This document shows positions 55,914 to 64,000 of a stretch of 64,000 nt of DNA, in pieces (positions within the stretch are counted from its first letter, which is position 1; each line of letters begins with the position of its first letter). The notes beneath the pieces are model-generated. The model was not told where the DNA came from. It did no database searches and worked only from the letters and a program-made list of their open reading frames with translations. Where the stretch lies: contig SCUL01000002.1 of NCBI GenBank assembly GCA_004297205.1, positions 658,893-722,892 of the forward strand, written 5' to 3'. The position numbers were made by a program, and so were the translations under genes. The DNA comes from Patescibacteria group bacterium (GTDB lineage: Bacteria > Patescibacteriota > Patescibacteriia > 2-12-FULL-57-11).

Positions 55914-57606
55914 TCCGCGCTGGTTTCTTGACCGGCCCCGACTCCTTCTCGCCGCGCTGCTTCTCGGGGCAGCTCTCTTCTTTTTGCCGAATTTGGCCGA
56001 TCCGTTCGTCTCCGACGATTGGCACCACCTGTGGATCGCCGGGCACCGCACGCAGCCGCTCCTGGCGTATTTCACGACGAACTACGAAGGCACAACCAGC
56101 GGCGGCTCGTACCGGCCGCTCGTGAACGTGCTGTGGGCCGCGGTCGATGCCGCGGGCGGGGGAATGTCGCTTTCCGGCCGGCTGTTCGGCCACACTGCGG
56201 CGCTGGCGGCGCACCTCTTGTGCGTCGCGCTCCTCTTTTTGATCGGTCGGATGCTGGTGCCCGGGCGGCGCGGCACGGCGCTCGGCGCGCTGGCGGCGTT
56301 GTTCTTTGCGCTCATGCCCAACCATCCGGAAGCCGTGAACTGGGTGGGCGCGGCCAGCGATCCCATCGCCACGGCAGCCGTGCTCGCAGGCCTGCTCGTG
56401 TATCTGGACGCGCGGCAGGCGGCGCGGCTGGACTGGACGCATCTGGTGATTCCGGCCGCGGCCATGGCCGTCGGCCTCGCTGCAAAAGAAACGGCGATCG
56501 TCCTGCCGGTGGTCATTGGTCTGCACGCGCTCCTCACGCTGCGCCGTCCGTGGCGCGCGTCCCTCGCGCGGGGCGCCGCATTGCTCGCGCCGCTCGTCCT
56601 CGTCGCCGTCGCCTACCTGCTGATTCGCTTCCGCGCCACCGGGCTCCTCTACGGCTATTATGGCGCCGAGCGCATCCAGACTGATCTCATGGTCGCGGCG
56701 CGCACGTTCCTGGCGATTCCCGTTTCGCAGTTCCTGGCCGGTCCGGCGCGCAGCCATCTGATGCAGGCGCTCTATCGCGGCATCGACACGCACGCCGAAA
56801 CGTATCTGTTGGCCACGCTCGTTCCCGGACTCCTTCTCCTGTTCCGCGCCCGGCGCATCGTCTGGTGGCTGGCCGCCTCGTTTCTTCTCGCCATCGTCCC
56901 GGTCATGCAGTTCGGTTTGAACCATCTGCCCGGCCGCTGGAGCGATGAAGGCGAGCGCTACGCCTACCTGCCGTCGGCTTTCGGCGCCATGCTTGCGGCC
57001 TGGGCGGTGATCGCGCTCTGGAAGCGCGTCCACCGTTCGCGCCCGGCGCTGATCGCCGTCTGCCTCGCCGTGGTCGCCGTGCTGGCCGGACAGCTCGCGG
57101 CAAAAAACGCCGTGTGGTTCCGCGCCAGCCGTTTCGCAGAACAGGTTGCCCGGTCCTGGCCCGCGGACGCGGCACGGCAGGTCTTCGTCTACGGCCTGCC
57201 CGACAACCTGCGCGGCGTCCCGCTGTGGCGCAACGGGTTTGCGCAACGGCTGGAAGCGGCAGGCACGCGTCCCGCCGACCTGCGTGTCTCGGATATCCGC
57301 ACGGTCATGGACGAACCGCATGGATTTCAAGTGAACGACAACGGCCAGAATGTCTTTTGGTACGGCGATCCGGACGACACGTTCGACGTCGTGGGGCCGA
57401 CGCCGCCGGACCGCGTGGCGACGTCCTATGGCACGCTTCTCGGACAACCGCGCTTTGCCGTCTACGCCCTCACCTACCGGCATTTCGCCTCGGATGCGCT
57501 GGCGATTCCGGAGCCGACCCGCTCCGATGCCGCCGCCGCGTTTTGGACCGGGCAGGGTTGGACGATCCGTCCGCTTTCCTTGCCGCCGGGCGAGGCGGTA
57601 CAGTAG
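55900..57606 (+). CDS. GT-C fold membrane glycosyltransferase
   Basis: FVSDD, YRPL, HPEAVNW, AKETA, ERYAYLPS; many TMs. Confidence 0.8.
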   Translation: MMFPDPRWFLDRPRLLLAALLLGAALFFLPNLADPFVSDDWHHLWIAGHRTQPLLAYFTTNYEGTTSGGSYRPLVNVLWAAVDAAGGGMSLSGRLFGHTAALAAHLLCVALLFLIGRMLVPGRRGTALGALAALFFALMPNHPEAVNWVGAASDPIATAAVLAGLLVYLDARQAARLDWTHLVIPAAAMAVGLAAKETAIVLPVVIGLHALLTLRRPWRASLARGAALLAPLVLVAVAYLLIRFRATGLLYGYYGAERIQTDLMVAARTFLAIPVSQFLAGPARSHLMQALYRGIDTHAETYLLATLVPGLLLLFRARRIVWWLAASFLLAIVPVMQFGLNHLPGRWSDEGERYAYLPSAFGAMLAAWAVIALWKRVHRSRPALIAVCLAVVAVLAGQLAAKNAVWFRASRFAEQVARSWPADAARQVFVYGLPDNLRGVPLWRNGFAQRLEAAGTRPADLRVSDIRTVMDEPHGFQVNDNGQNVFWYGDPDDTFDVVGPTPPDRVATSYGTLLGQPRFAVYALTYRHFASDALAIPEPTRSDAAAAFWTGQGWTIRPLSLPPGEAVQ

Positions 57607-57614
57607 TTCGCACT

Positions 57615-58115
57615 ATGGCATCCGCCTCCGATTTCTCCCGTCGCACCGCCGCCGCGGTGGGCGCGCTGGCCCTCGTTTTTCTCGTCGGCGTGGCGGTCGT
57701 CCGCCGTCAGGAACAACCCGTCGTCAGCGACCGGGCGGTCGAGGCCATCGCGGCGCTCGAAGCGGGGCTCGTATTCACCGGGACGCGCTACGACGTCGTC
57801 GTGGCCCAGCTGCGCGCCTCGGCAGACGTCACGCAGAACATCACCGGGCTTGCCACCGACGCCGATGCCATCGCCGGCGCGGCTTCGGCGGTCACGGCTT
57901 CGCTCGGCGGCGTGCGCGGTCCGAGCAAGGACGCGGCCCGGGCCGGCGCGGAGCGCGCCGTGCAGGCCGCCGTTGCCGTGCGCACCTCGGCCCAGGTCCT
58001 TGCCAAGTACGCGGACGGCAGCGCGCCCGCAGTCGACGCCGTGGCCAGCATTCAGACGGCGCTCAGCGAGATCAGCGCCGCCCGTTCGCACATCGCGCCG
58101 CTGCGCATGCAATAA
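57615..58115 (+). CDS. Membrane-anchored helical hypothetical protein
   Basis: N-terminal TM; Ala-rich helices; ends at a terminator. Confidence 0.7.
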   Translation: MASASDFSRRTAAAVGALALVFLVGVAVVRRQEQPVVSDRAVEAIAALEAGLVFTGTRYDVVVAQLRASADVTQNITGLATDADAIAGAASAVTASLGGVRGPSKDAARAGAERAVQAAVAVRTSAQVLAKYADGSAPAVDAVASIQTALSEISAARSHIAPLRMQ

Positions 58116-58116
58116 A

Positions 58117-58148
58117 AAAACGACCCCCGCCATGGCGGGGGTCGTTTT
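58117..58148. terminator. Bidirectional terminator
   Basis: AAAACGACCCCCGCC-AT-GGCGGGGGTCGTTTT between convergent genes. Confidence 0.85.
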
Positions 58149-58153
58149 GCGTG

Positions 58154-59293
58154 TTAGATGAGGGGCAATGCGGCTTGGAGTCCGGCCACGAGGTCCCGCT
58201 CGGCATCGGCCAGCGTTTTGCCGCGGATGCAGATGCGGGCGCGGCGCATGCCGCCTTCCGGCTTCCAGGGCGCGGTCAGGCGCGCGGCGTCGTGCGGACG
58301 CGCGGCGTCGACGATGGCGCAGACCGTGCCGTCGGCGGCCTCAAAGGCGAGCAGGGCGACGCGCGCGTCCGGCGAGGTGGCGACCAGTTCGTCGAGCACG
58401 TCGGCGAGTTCCGTGTCCGCCGCGCCGGCCAGGGCAAAGTCCTGGCGGGTCAGCGAGCTCCAGACGAATTTTCGTGCCGGATCGTGCTTGAGGCGGGCCA
58501 GGGCGCGGCCCCACAGGCGCAGCGTCTGCACGGAGCGGGTGCGGTACAGGCCGTGGACGATGCGCTCGCGGTCGGCGCCGAGCGCCACGAGCTCCGCCGC
58601 GGCGGTCAGCGTGTCCGGAGCAATCTTCTCGCTCGTGAAACTGCGGCTCTTCGAAATCATGCCGGCCAGGAGCGCGGTGGCGATTTCCTCGTCGACGAGG
58701 CCGCGGTCGTGGTCCTTGATGAGGCGCCACAGCACTTCCGTGACCGAGGCCGCGGTCAGGTCGACGTAGTTCATGGTGCCGAAATGTTCATTGGCCGGAT
58801 CGTGGTCGAGGTTCGCGGTCGGCACTTTGAAGAAGAGGTCCGGCTGGTCGGCGAACAGCGCTCCGAGCGCGTTCAGATCCGCCGCGCCCAAGGTCACGAT
58901 GAAGTCGTACTTCATGCCGCTCGTCTCGGCGCGCACGTCTTCCGGCCGCCAGCCGCCCTGCTTGGGCGAGACGGCGATTTCGAGATGCGTGTCCGTCAGA
59001 CGGTAGGAGAGGTCGTGGAGCGGGACGTTCTGGGTGGGCAGGCGGATCAGCAGCGTCGTGACCGGCGGCAGCGTCGCGCGCACCCGGCCGGCGAGCGGCA
59101 GATAGGGATGAGCCGCGGCGTCGACAAAGCCATGGGAGACGGCGTCGGCCGGTTTGCCGAGTTTGGCGCAGATGCCCAAAAGGCCCGCGGCGGCGGCGAG
59201 CTGGTCGACGTTCGGGTGGGTCGGCAGGGCAATGAGCACGTGCCGGCTGCGGCCGAGCGCTTCGAAAAATTGGGCGGTTTGGGTGAGGGCCAT
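58154..59293 (-). CDS. DHH/NrnA-like phosphoesterase family protein with degenerate motifs
   Basis: NLDHDPANEHFG, IATALLAGMI, AELVALGADR, LWGRALARL. Confidence 0.8.
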   Translation of the reverse strand: MALTQTAQFFEALGRSRHVLIALPTHPNVDQLAAAAGLLGICAKLGKPADAVSHGFVDAAAHPYLPLAGRVRATLPPVTTLLIRLPTQNVPLHDLSYRLTDTHLEIAVSPKQGGWRPEDVRAETSGMKYDFIVTLGAADLNALGALFADQPDLFFKVPTANLDHDPANEHFGTMNYVDLTAASVTEVLWRLIKDHDRGLVDEEIATALLAGMISKSRSFTSEKIAPDTLTAAAELVALGADRERIVHGLYRTRSVQTLRLWGRALARLKHDPARKFVWSSLTRQDFALAGAADTELADVLDELVATSPDARVALLAFEAADGTVCAIVDAARPHDAARLTAPWKPEGGMRRARICIRGKTLADAERDLVAGLQAALPLI

Positions 59294-59431
59294 GGGAAAG
59301 AAGGAAGCACTATACGGGACATCCGGGGAGCCGTCAACGGGGGTGGTCGGGGGTCTTGACAAAGACGCCCCGCCGTGCCCGCGCCATAGTAGGGGAGCAC
59401 CCCGCCAGGGCGGGGTCAGGAGGATAGGACG

Positions 59432-60322
59432 ATGACGAGGAAGCGTGCGGTGCGGATCGCCGTGTTGTTGACGGCGGTCTGGTGCGCGGCGGGATGCCGC
59501 GAAGAACCGCGCTGGCCGGTGACCACGTCCACGCCGCGGATCGACTGCGGGCCGGCCGTGGGCGATGCGGGAACGTCCGAGGCGGACGCGGGGTTCGCGT
59601 TGTCCGACGCGGGGACGGCAGCGGGAGATGCGGCCGCCGACGGTGCGCCGCCCGCGGACGGCGGACCGCCGCCGCGCTGCATCGGCAGCTACGCCGAGGG
59701 CGTGGCGCTGTTCGCCGCCGAGACGTACGTCGTGCTGCGCGCGCACGTCGATCCGGAGGAGACGGCCGAGATCACTGCCTGGCCGTGGCAGACGTCGCTG
59801 GGCTCGGTGCGCCCGGTGGCGCGCGAGGTCGAGTGGCGGACCGAGGGCGACGCGGCGATGTTCCGCACGGAACCGCTGGCCGACCCGCGCGAACGGCGGC
59901 TGCGGCTCGCGGTCGCGGGCGACGCCTTCGACATGGGCGGGCGGGAACCGTACCTGACGGTCCGGGCCTGCGTGCGCAACGGCTGCCCGGCGGCCGCCGC
60001 GGACGGGTCCCCGTGCCGGTGCGAGGAGGAAGTCTGCAGCCCGATCATCCTCGCTGCGGCCGTGCCGTCCCTCGACGGGCGCTGGAGCTTCAGCGAAGAC
60101 GGCGCGGAGATGGGCGCCTTCGACATCCGGCAGTCCGGCCGGGTCCTCTCCGGCCTGCCCTACGACTTCCCGTTCAACATCGAGGGCGTGGGAGTGCAGG
60201 GCGGCGAGCTCGGCATCCTGGTCACGGGCGCCGTCGCCCCCGACCGTCGCAGCATCAGCGGGCTGCGGTTCACCGAAGACGGCGACGTCATCGGTCCCTG
60301 GTCCGCGCGGCGCGCGGACTGA
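59432..60322 (+). CDS. Hypothetical lipoprotein
   Basis: AGGAGG upstream; CAAG-C lipobox; DAG-rich linker. Confidence 0.7.
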   Translation: MTRKRAVRIAVLLTAVWCAAGCREEPRWPVTTSTPRIDCGPAVGDAGTSEADAGFALSDAGTAAGDAAADGAPPADGGPPPRCIGSYAEGVALFAAETYVVLRAHVDPEETAEITAWPWQTSLGSVRPVAREVEWRTEGDAAMFRTEPLADPRERRLRLAVAGDAFDMGGREPYLTVRACVRNGCPAAAADGSPCRCEEEVCSPIILAAAVPSLDGRWSFSEDGAEMGAFDIRQSGRVLSGLPYDFPFNIEGVGVQGGELGILVTGAVAPDRRSISGLRFTEDGDVIGPWSARRAD

Positions 60323-60386
60323 GGCGGTCCTGCTGCGGGGCAGGGCCTTTTTCTTTTGGTTTTGCCTTGGTACGCTGGTTCCCGCT

Positions 60387-63044
60387 ATGGCCGAGATGCC
60401 CAAAGCCTACGACCCGTCCGCGCACGAGGATGCCATCCGCCGCCGCTGGGAAGACAGCGGCTACTTCACGCCGGAAAAGTTGCCGGGCAAGCGCACGGAG
60501 TCGTTCACGATCGTCATGCCGCCGCCGAACGTCACCGGCACGCTCCACATGGGCCATGCCGTCATGCTCGCCGTCGAAGACCTGATGATCCGTTTCGAGC
60601 GCATGCGCGGCAAGCGCGCGCTTTGGATTCCCGGCACCGACCACGCCGCCATCGCCACGCAGACGAAGGTCGAGAAGCTGATCATGGAAAAAGAGAAGAA
60701 GACGCGCCATGACTTGGGCCGCGAGGCGTTCTTGAAGCGCGTCGAAGCCTTTGCCGCGGAATCGCACGACACCATCGTGAACCAGGTGCGCATGATGGGC
60801 AGCTCCTGCGATTGGTCGCGCGAGGCGTACACGCTGGACGCGGCGCGCGGCGAATCCGTGAACGAAGCGTTCCAGCAGCTCTACGACATGGGGTTGCTCT
60901 ATCGCGGCGACCGCGTCATCAACTGGTGCCCGCGCTGCGCCTCGACGCTCGCCGATGACGAAGTGGAATACAAGGAAGGGGAGACGACGCTCTACACCTT
61001 CCGCTACGCCAAGGATTTTCCGATCGCCATCGCCACGACGCGTCCCGAGACCAAAGTCGGCGACACCGCCGTCGCCGTGAATCCGGAAGACGCCCGCTAT
61101 AAAAAGTTCATCGGCCAGGAAATCCGGGTGGACTTTTTGGGCGTGCCGCTCACCCTGAAGATCGTCGGACACCGCGCGGTGGATGCCGGCTTCGGCACCG
61201 GCGCGCTCGGCGTCACCCCGGCGCACAGCCAGGTCGACGAGCAGATCGCCCGCGAGAACGATCTGCCGGCGCTCCAGGTCATCGGCGAAGACGGCACGAT
61301 GACGGCGCTGGCTGGAGCATACGCCGGACTCTCGGTGCTCGAGGCGCGCAAACGGATTGTCGCGGATTTGAAGCAGGTCGGACTGATCGAAAGGGAGGAA
61401 ACCGTCGGTCAAAACCTCTCCGTCTGCTACCGCTGCGGCACGCCGGTCGAACCGCTGCCGAAGTTGCAGTGGTTCATCGCCGTGAATACGCACTTCCCGT
61501 TCGCGCAGTCCAAGCGCCATCCGATCCAGGGGATCAAAGACGGCCAGGAAGTGACGCTCAAGGAAGTCATGAGCCATGTCGTGAAGACCGGGCAGATCAA
61601 GATCGTTCCCGAGCGTTTCGAGAAGACGTACTTCCACTGGATCGACAACCTGCGCGACTGGTGCGCGTCGCGCCAGATTTGGTTCGGGCACCGCATTCCC
61701 GTTTGGTACCACTCGGAGAAGAAAGGCGACGATGCCTATGCCGTGGGCGCGCCGCCCAAGGGTTCCGGTTGGCAGCAGGACGGCGACACGCTCGACACCT
61801 GGTTCTCCTCCGGACTCTGGACGTTCTCGACCTTGGGCTGGCCGGACGAAAAAGCCAAGGACCTCGCCACCTACCATCCGACCTCGGTGCTTGAAACGGG
61901 CTACGACATCCTGTTCTTCTGGATCGCCCGTATGATCCTGATGTCCGTGGCGTTGCGCGGCGAAGTGCCGTTCAAAGAGGTCTACCTGCACGGGCTGGTG
62001 CGCGACGAGCAGGGACGCAAGATGTCCAAGTCGCTCGGCAATATCATCGACCCGCTCGACATGATCGCCAAGTTCGGCACCGACGCGGTACGCCTCTCGC
62101 TCGTCGTGGGATCCACGCCCGGCAATGACACGCGTCTCTCGGAAGAGAAGGTCGCCGGCTTCCGGAATTTCACGAACAAGCTCTGGAACATCGGCCGCTA
62201 CGTGCTGACGACGACCTCCGGCGAAACGCCCGATGAGCCGCCCGCGCCGAAGACGCTTGCCGACCGCTGGATTTTGTCGCGTCTCGCCGTGACGCAGGAG
62301 AAGGTGACGGCCCTCCTTGGTACCCACCAGTTCTCGGCCGCCGGTGAGGCGCTGCGCGACTTCACCTGGAGCGAGTACGCTGACTGGTACCTCGAAATCA
62401 GCAAAGGCCAGAAGCAGGATGCCGACCCGGCGTCGACCGACGCCATCCTGCGTTTTTCGCTCGCCACGCTCCTGAAGCTCTGGCACCCCTTCATGCCGTT
62501 CGTGACCGAGATGCTCTGGAAAGAGATGGGGGAGAAGGAATTGATCATGGTTGCCGACTGGCCCGACCACATCGGTCTCGAAGACGTGATCGCGGAGCGC
62601 GAGATGCAGCGCGTCCAGGATGTGGTCATCGCCATCCGCAACGTCCGCAGCGAGCACAAGATCAATCCCAAGCAGGAGATCGAAGTGAACCTGGCCGCCG
62701 GCAGCGAGCGCGAGCTGTTCATCCAGAACGCCGCCGCCGTTTCCGACCTCGCCAACGCCTGCTGCGTGGCCTTCGACGACCGCGAGAAGAAAGCGGAAGA
62801 AGTCGCCGCCGTCTCCGGCGCGGTGCAGATCTACGTCTTCCTTCCAACTGTGGGTGATGAAAAGAGCGAGGCCAAGCTCACGGCGCGCGCTGAGGAGCTG
62901 GAGCGCTACATCGCGCTCATCGAAGGAAAGCTCGCCAACGAGGAATTCACCGGCAAGGCGCCGCCCGCGGTCATCGAAAAGGAAAAGCAGAAGCGGGTCA
63001 CGGCGGCCGAGGAACTCGACAAGATCCGCAAGCAATTGGGGTAG
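60387..63044 (+). CDS. valS: Valine--tRNA ligase
   Basis: PPPNVTGTLHMGH; GTDHAAIATQ; TTRPET; DTWFSSGLW; KMSKS; C-terminal KAP coiled coil. Confidence 0.97.
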   Translation: MAEMPKAYDPSAHEDAIRRRWEDSGYFTPEKLPGKRTESFTIVMPPPNVTGTLHMGHAVMLAVEDLMIRFERMRGKRALWIPGTDHAAIATQTKVEKLIMEKEKKTRHDLGREAFLKRVEAFAAESHDTIVNQVRMMGSSCDWSREAYTLDAARGESVNEAFQQLYDMGLLYRGDRVINWCPRCASTLADDEVEYKEGETTLYTFRYAKDFPIAIATTRPETKVGDTAVAVNPEDARYKKFIGQEIRVDFLGVPLTLKIVGHRAVDAGFGTGALGVTPAHSQVDEQIARENDLPALQVIGEDGTMTALAGAYAGLSVLEARKRIVADLKQVGLIEREETVGQNLSVCYRCGTPVEPLPKLQWFIAVNTHFPFAQSKRHPIQGIKDGQEVTLKEVMSHVVKTGQIKIVPERFEKTYFHWIDNLRDWCASRQIWFGHRIPVWYHSEKKGDDAYAVGAPPKGSGWQQDGDTLDTWFSSGLWTFSTLGWPDEKAKDLATYHPTSVLETGYDILFFWIARMILMSVALRGEVPFKEVYLHGLVRDEQGRKMSKSLGNIIDPLDMIAKFGTDAVRLSLVVGSTPGNDTRLSEEKVAGFRNFTNKLWNIGRYVLTTTSGETPDEPPAPKTLADRWILSRLAVTQEKVTALLGTHQFSAAGEALRDFTWSEYADWYLEISKGQKQDADPASTDAILRFSLATLLKLWHPFMPFVTEMLWKEMGEKELIMVADWPDHIGLEDVIAEREMQRVQDVVIAIRNVRSEHKINPKQEIEVNLAAGSERELFIQNAAAVSDLANACCVAFDDREKKAEEVAAVSGAVQIYVFLPTVGDEKSEAKLTARAEELERYIALIEGKLANEEFTGKAPPAVIEKEKQKRVTAAEELDKIRKQLG

Positions 63045-63097
63045 GGCGACGGGACCGGTTTGAACCGGTCCCGTTTCGTTGTTAGGATACCGTGCGT

Positions 63098-64000
63098 ATG
63101 AAAGGACTGAGCGAAGCCCAGATCGCGGCGCTGTTCGGACGCTCCGTGGAGAACGTCGTGGTCCGCGACCATCTTGTGACGCGCCTGAAAGAGGGGAAGA
63201 AGCTGCGCATCAAGATCGGCATGGATCCGACGGCGCCGGACCTGCATCTGGGGCACGCCGTGGCGCTGCGCCTCTTGCGCCGTTTTCAGGATGCCGGGCA
63301 CACGGTGGTCTTCATCATCGGCGATGCCACGGCGCTGATCGGCGACCCCTCGGGTAAATCCAAGACGCGGCCCCAGCTCGATGCCAAGGAGATCGACCGC
63401 AATGCCAAAACCTACTTCGCCCAGGTCGGGAAGATTCTCGACGTCAAAAAGGCCGAGGTTCGTTACAACTCCGAATGGCTCGGCAAGCTGAAGTTCGCCG
63501 ACGTCATCCGTCTCGCGGCCAAGTTCACGGTGGCGCGCATCCTCGAGCGCGACGACTTCGCTAAAAGGTACAAGAGCGGGATCGACATTTCCGCGCACGA
63601 GCTGCTCTATCCGATGATGCAGGCCTACGACTCGGTGGCCATCAAAGCCGACGTCGAAGTCGGGGGCACGGACCAGACCTTCAACATGCTGGCCGGTCGC
63701 GAACTGCAGAAGAAGATGGACATGTCGGAGCAGGACGTCCTGACCGTGCCCCTGCTTGTCGGCATCGACGGCGTCAACAAGATGTCCAAGTCGCTCGGCA
63801 ACTACGTCGGCTTGTCCGAAAAGCCGGAAGATATGTACGGCAAGGTCATGAGCATTCCGGACGCGCTGATCCCCAGCTGGTTCATGCTGGCGACGGAGCT
63901 CACCGACGCCGAGATTGCGGAAGCGGCGCGCGTCGACAATCCCCGCGACCGCAAGATGCGCCTGGCCCGCGAGATCGTTGTGCTCTATCACGGTGCAAAA
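63098..64000 (+). CDS. tyrS: Tyrosine--tRNA ligase (3' partial)
   Basis: GMDPTAPDLHLGH; IGDPSGK; YPMMQAYDS; GGTDQTFN; KMSKSLGN. Confidence 0.96.
   Translation, partial: MKGLSEAQIAALFGRSVENVVVRDHLVTRLKEGKKLRIKIGMDPTAPDLHLGHAVALRLLRRFQDAGHTVVFIIGDATALIGDPSGKSKTRPQLDAKEIDRNAKTYFAQVGKILDVKKAEVRYNSEWLGKLKFADVIRLAAKFTVARILERDDFAKRYKSGIDISAHELLYPMMQAYDSVAIKADVEVGGTDQTFNMLAGRELQKKMDMSEQDVLTVPLLVGIDGVNKMSKSLGNYVGLSEKPEDMYGKVMSIPDALIPSWFMLATELTDAEIAEAARVDNPRDRKMRLAREIVVLYHGAK

Overview
High-GC bacterial chromosome segment. Its gene content and synteny (CPR-type pilin, DUF4012 protein, secG plus family-5 substrate-binding protein, split transketolase, class II RNR, mostly SD-less genes) suggest a Patescibacteria/Parcubacteria (Uhrbacteria-like) genome; this is inference. 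Most of the window is housekeeping: CCA enzyme, RluA, cmk, rplS, uvrA, rnj, rnpB, a glycosyltransferase cluster, femX-like, ruvA, nrdJ, ileS, a non-oxidative pentose phosphate operon, a P-type ATPase, valS, tyrS and three tRNAs. Two accessory regions stand out. (1) At 25.7-29.5 kb, one near-consensus sigma70 promoter precedes a minus-strand array of seven short unrelated ORFs plus a 7-codon stub. These are separated by seven copies of a modular 90-165 nt structured element with compensatory base changes, one hairpin of which sequesters a GAGGAG Shine-Dalgarno. A tRNA-like element is embedded in the array. It does not match CRISPR, classical integron or the ribozyme patterns I checked by eye, and it is the best candidate for an undescribed system. 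(2) At 45.0-51.6 kb, an island next to tRNA-Ala carries a large serine recombinase, an XRE plus ImmA/IrrE pair and AT-rich cargo. Smaller points: a duplicated, covarying start-codon-abutting hairpin in the sugar operon, REP-like palindromes inserted in-frame in ileS and rnj, an atypical RNase P RNA, and a degenerate DHH protein. All calls were made by eye without database searches.
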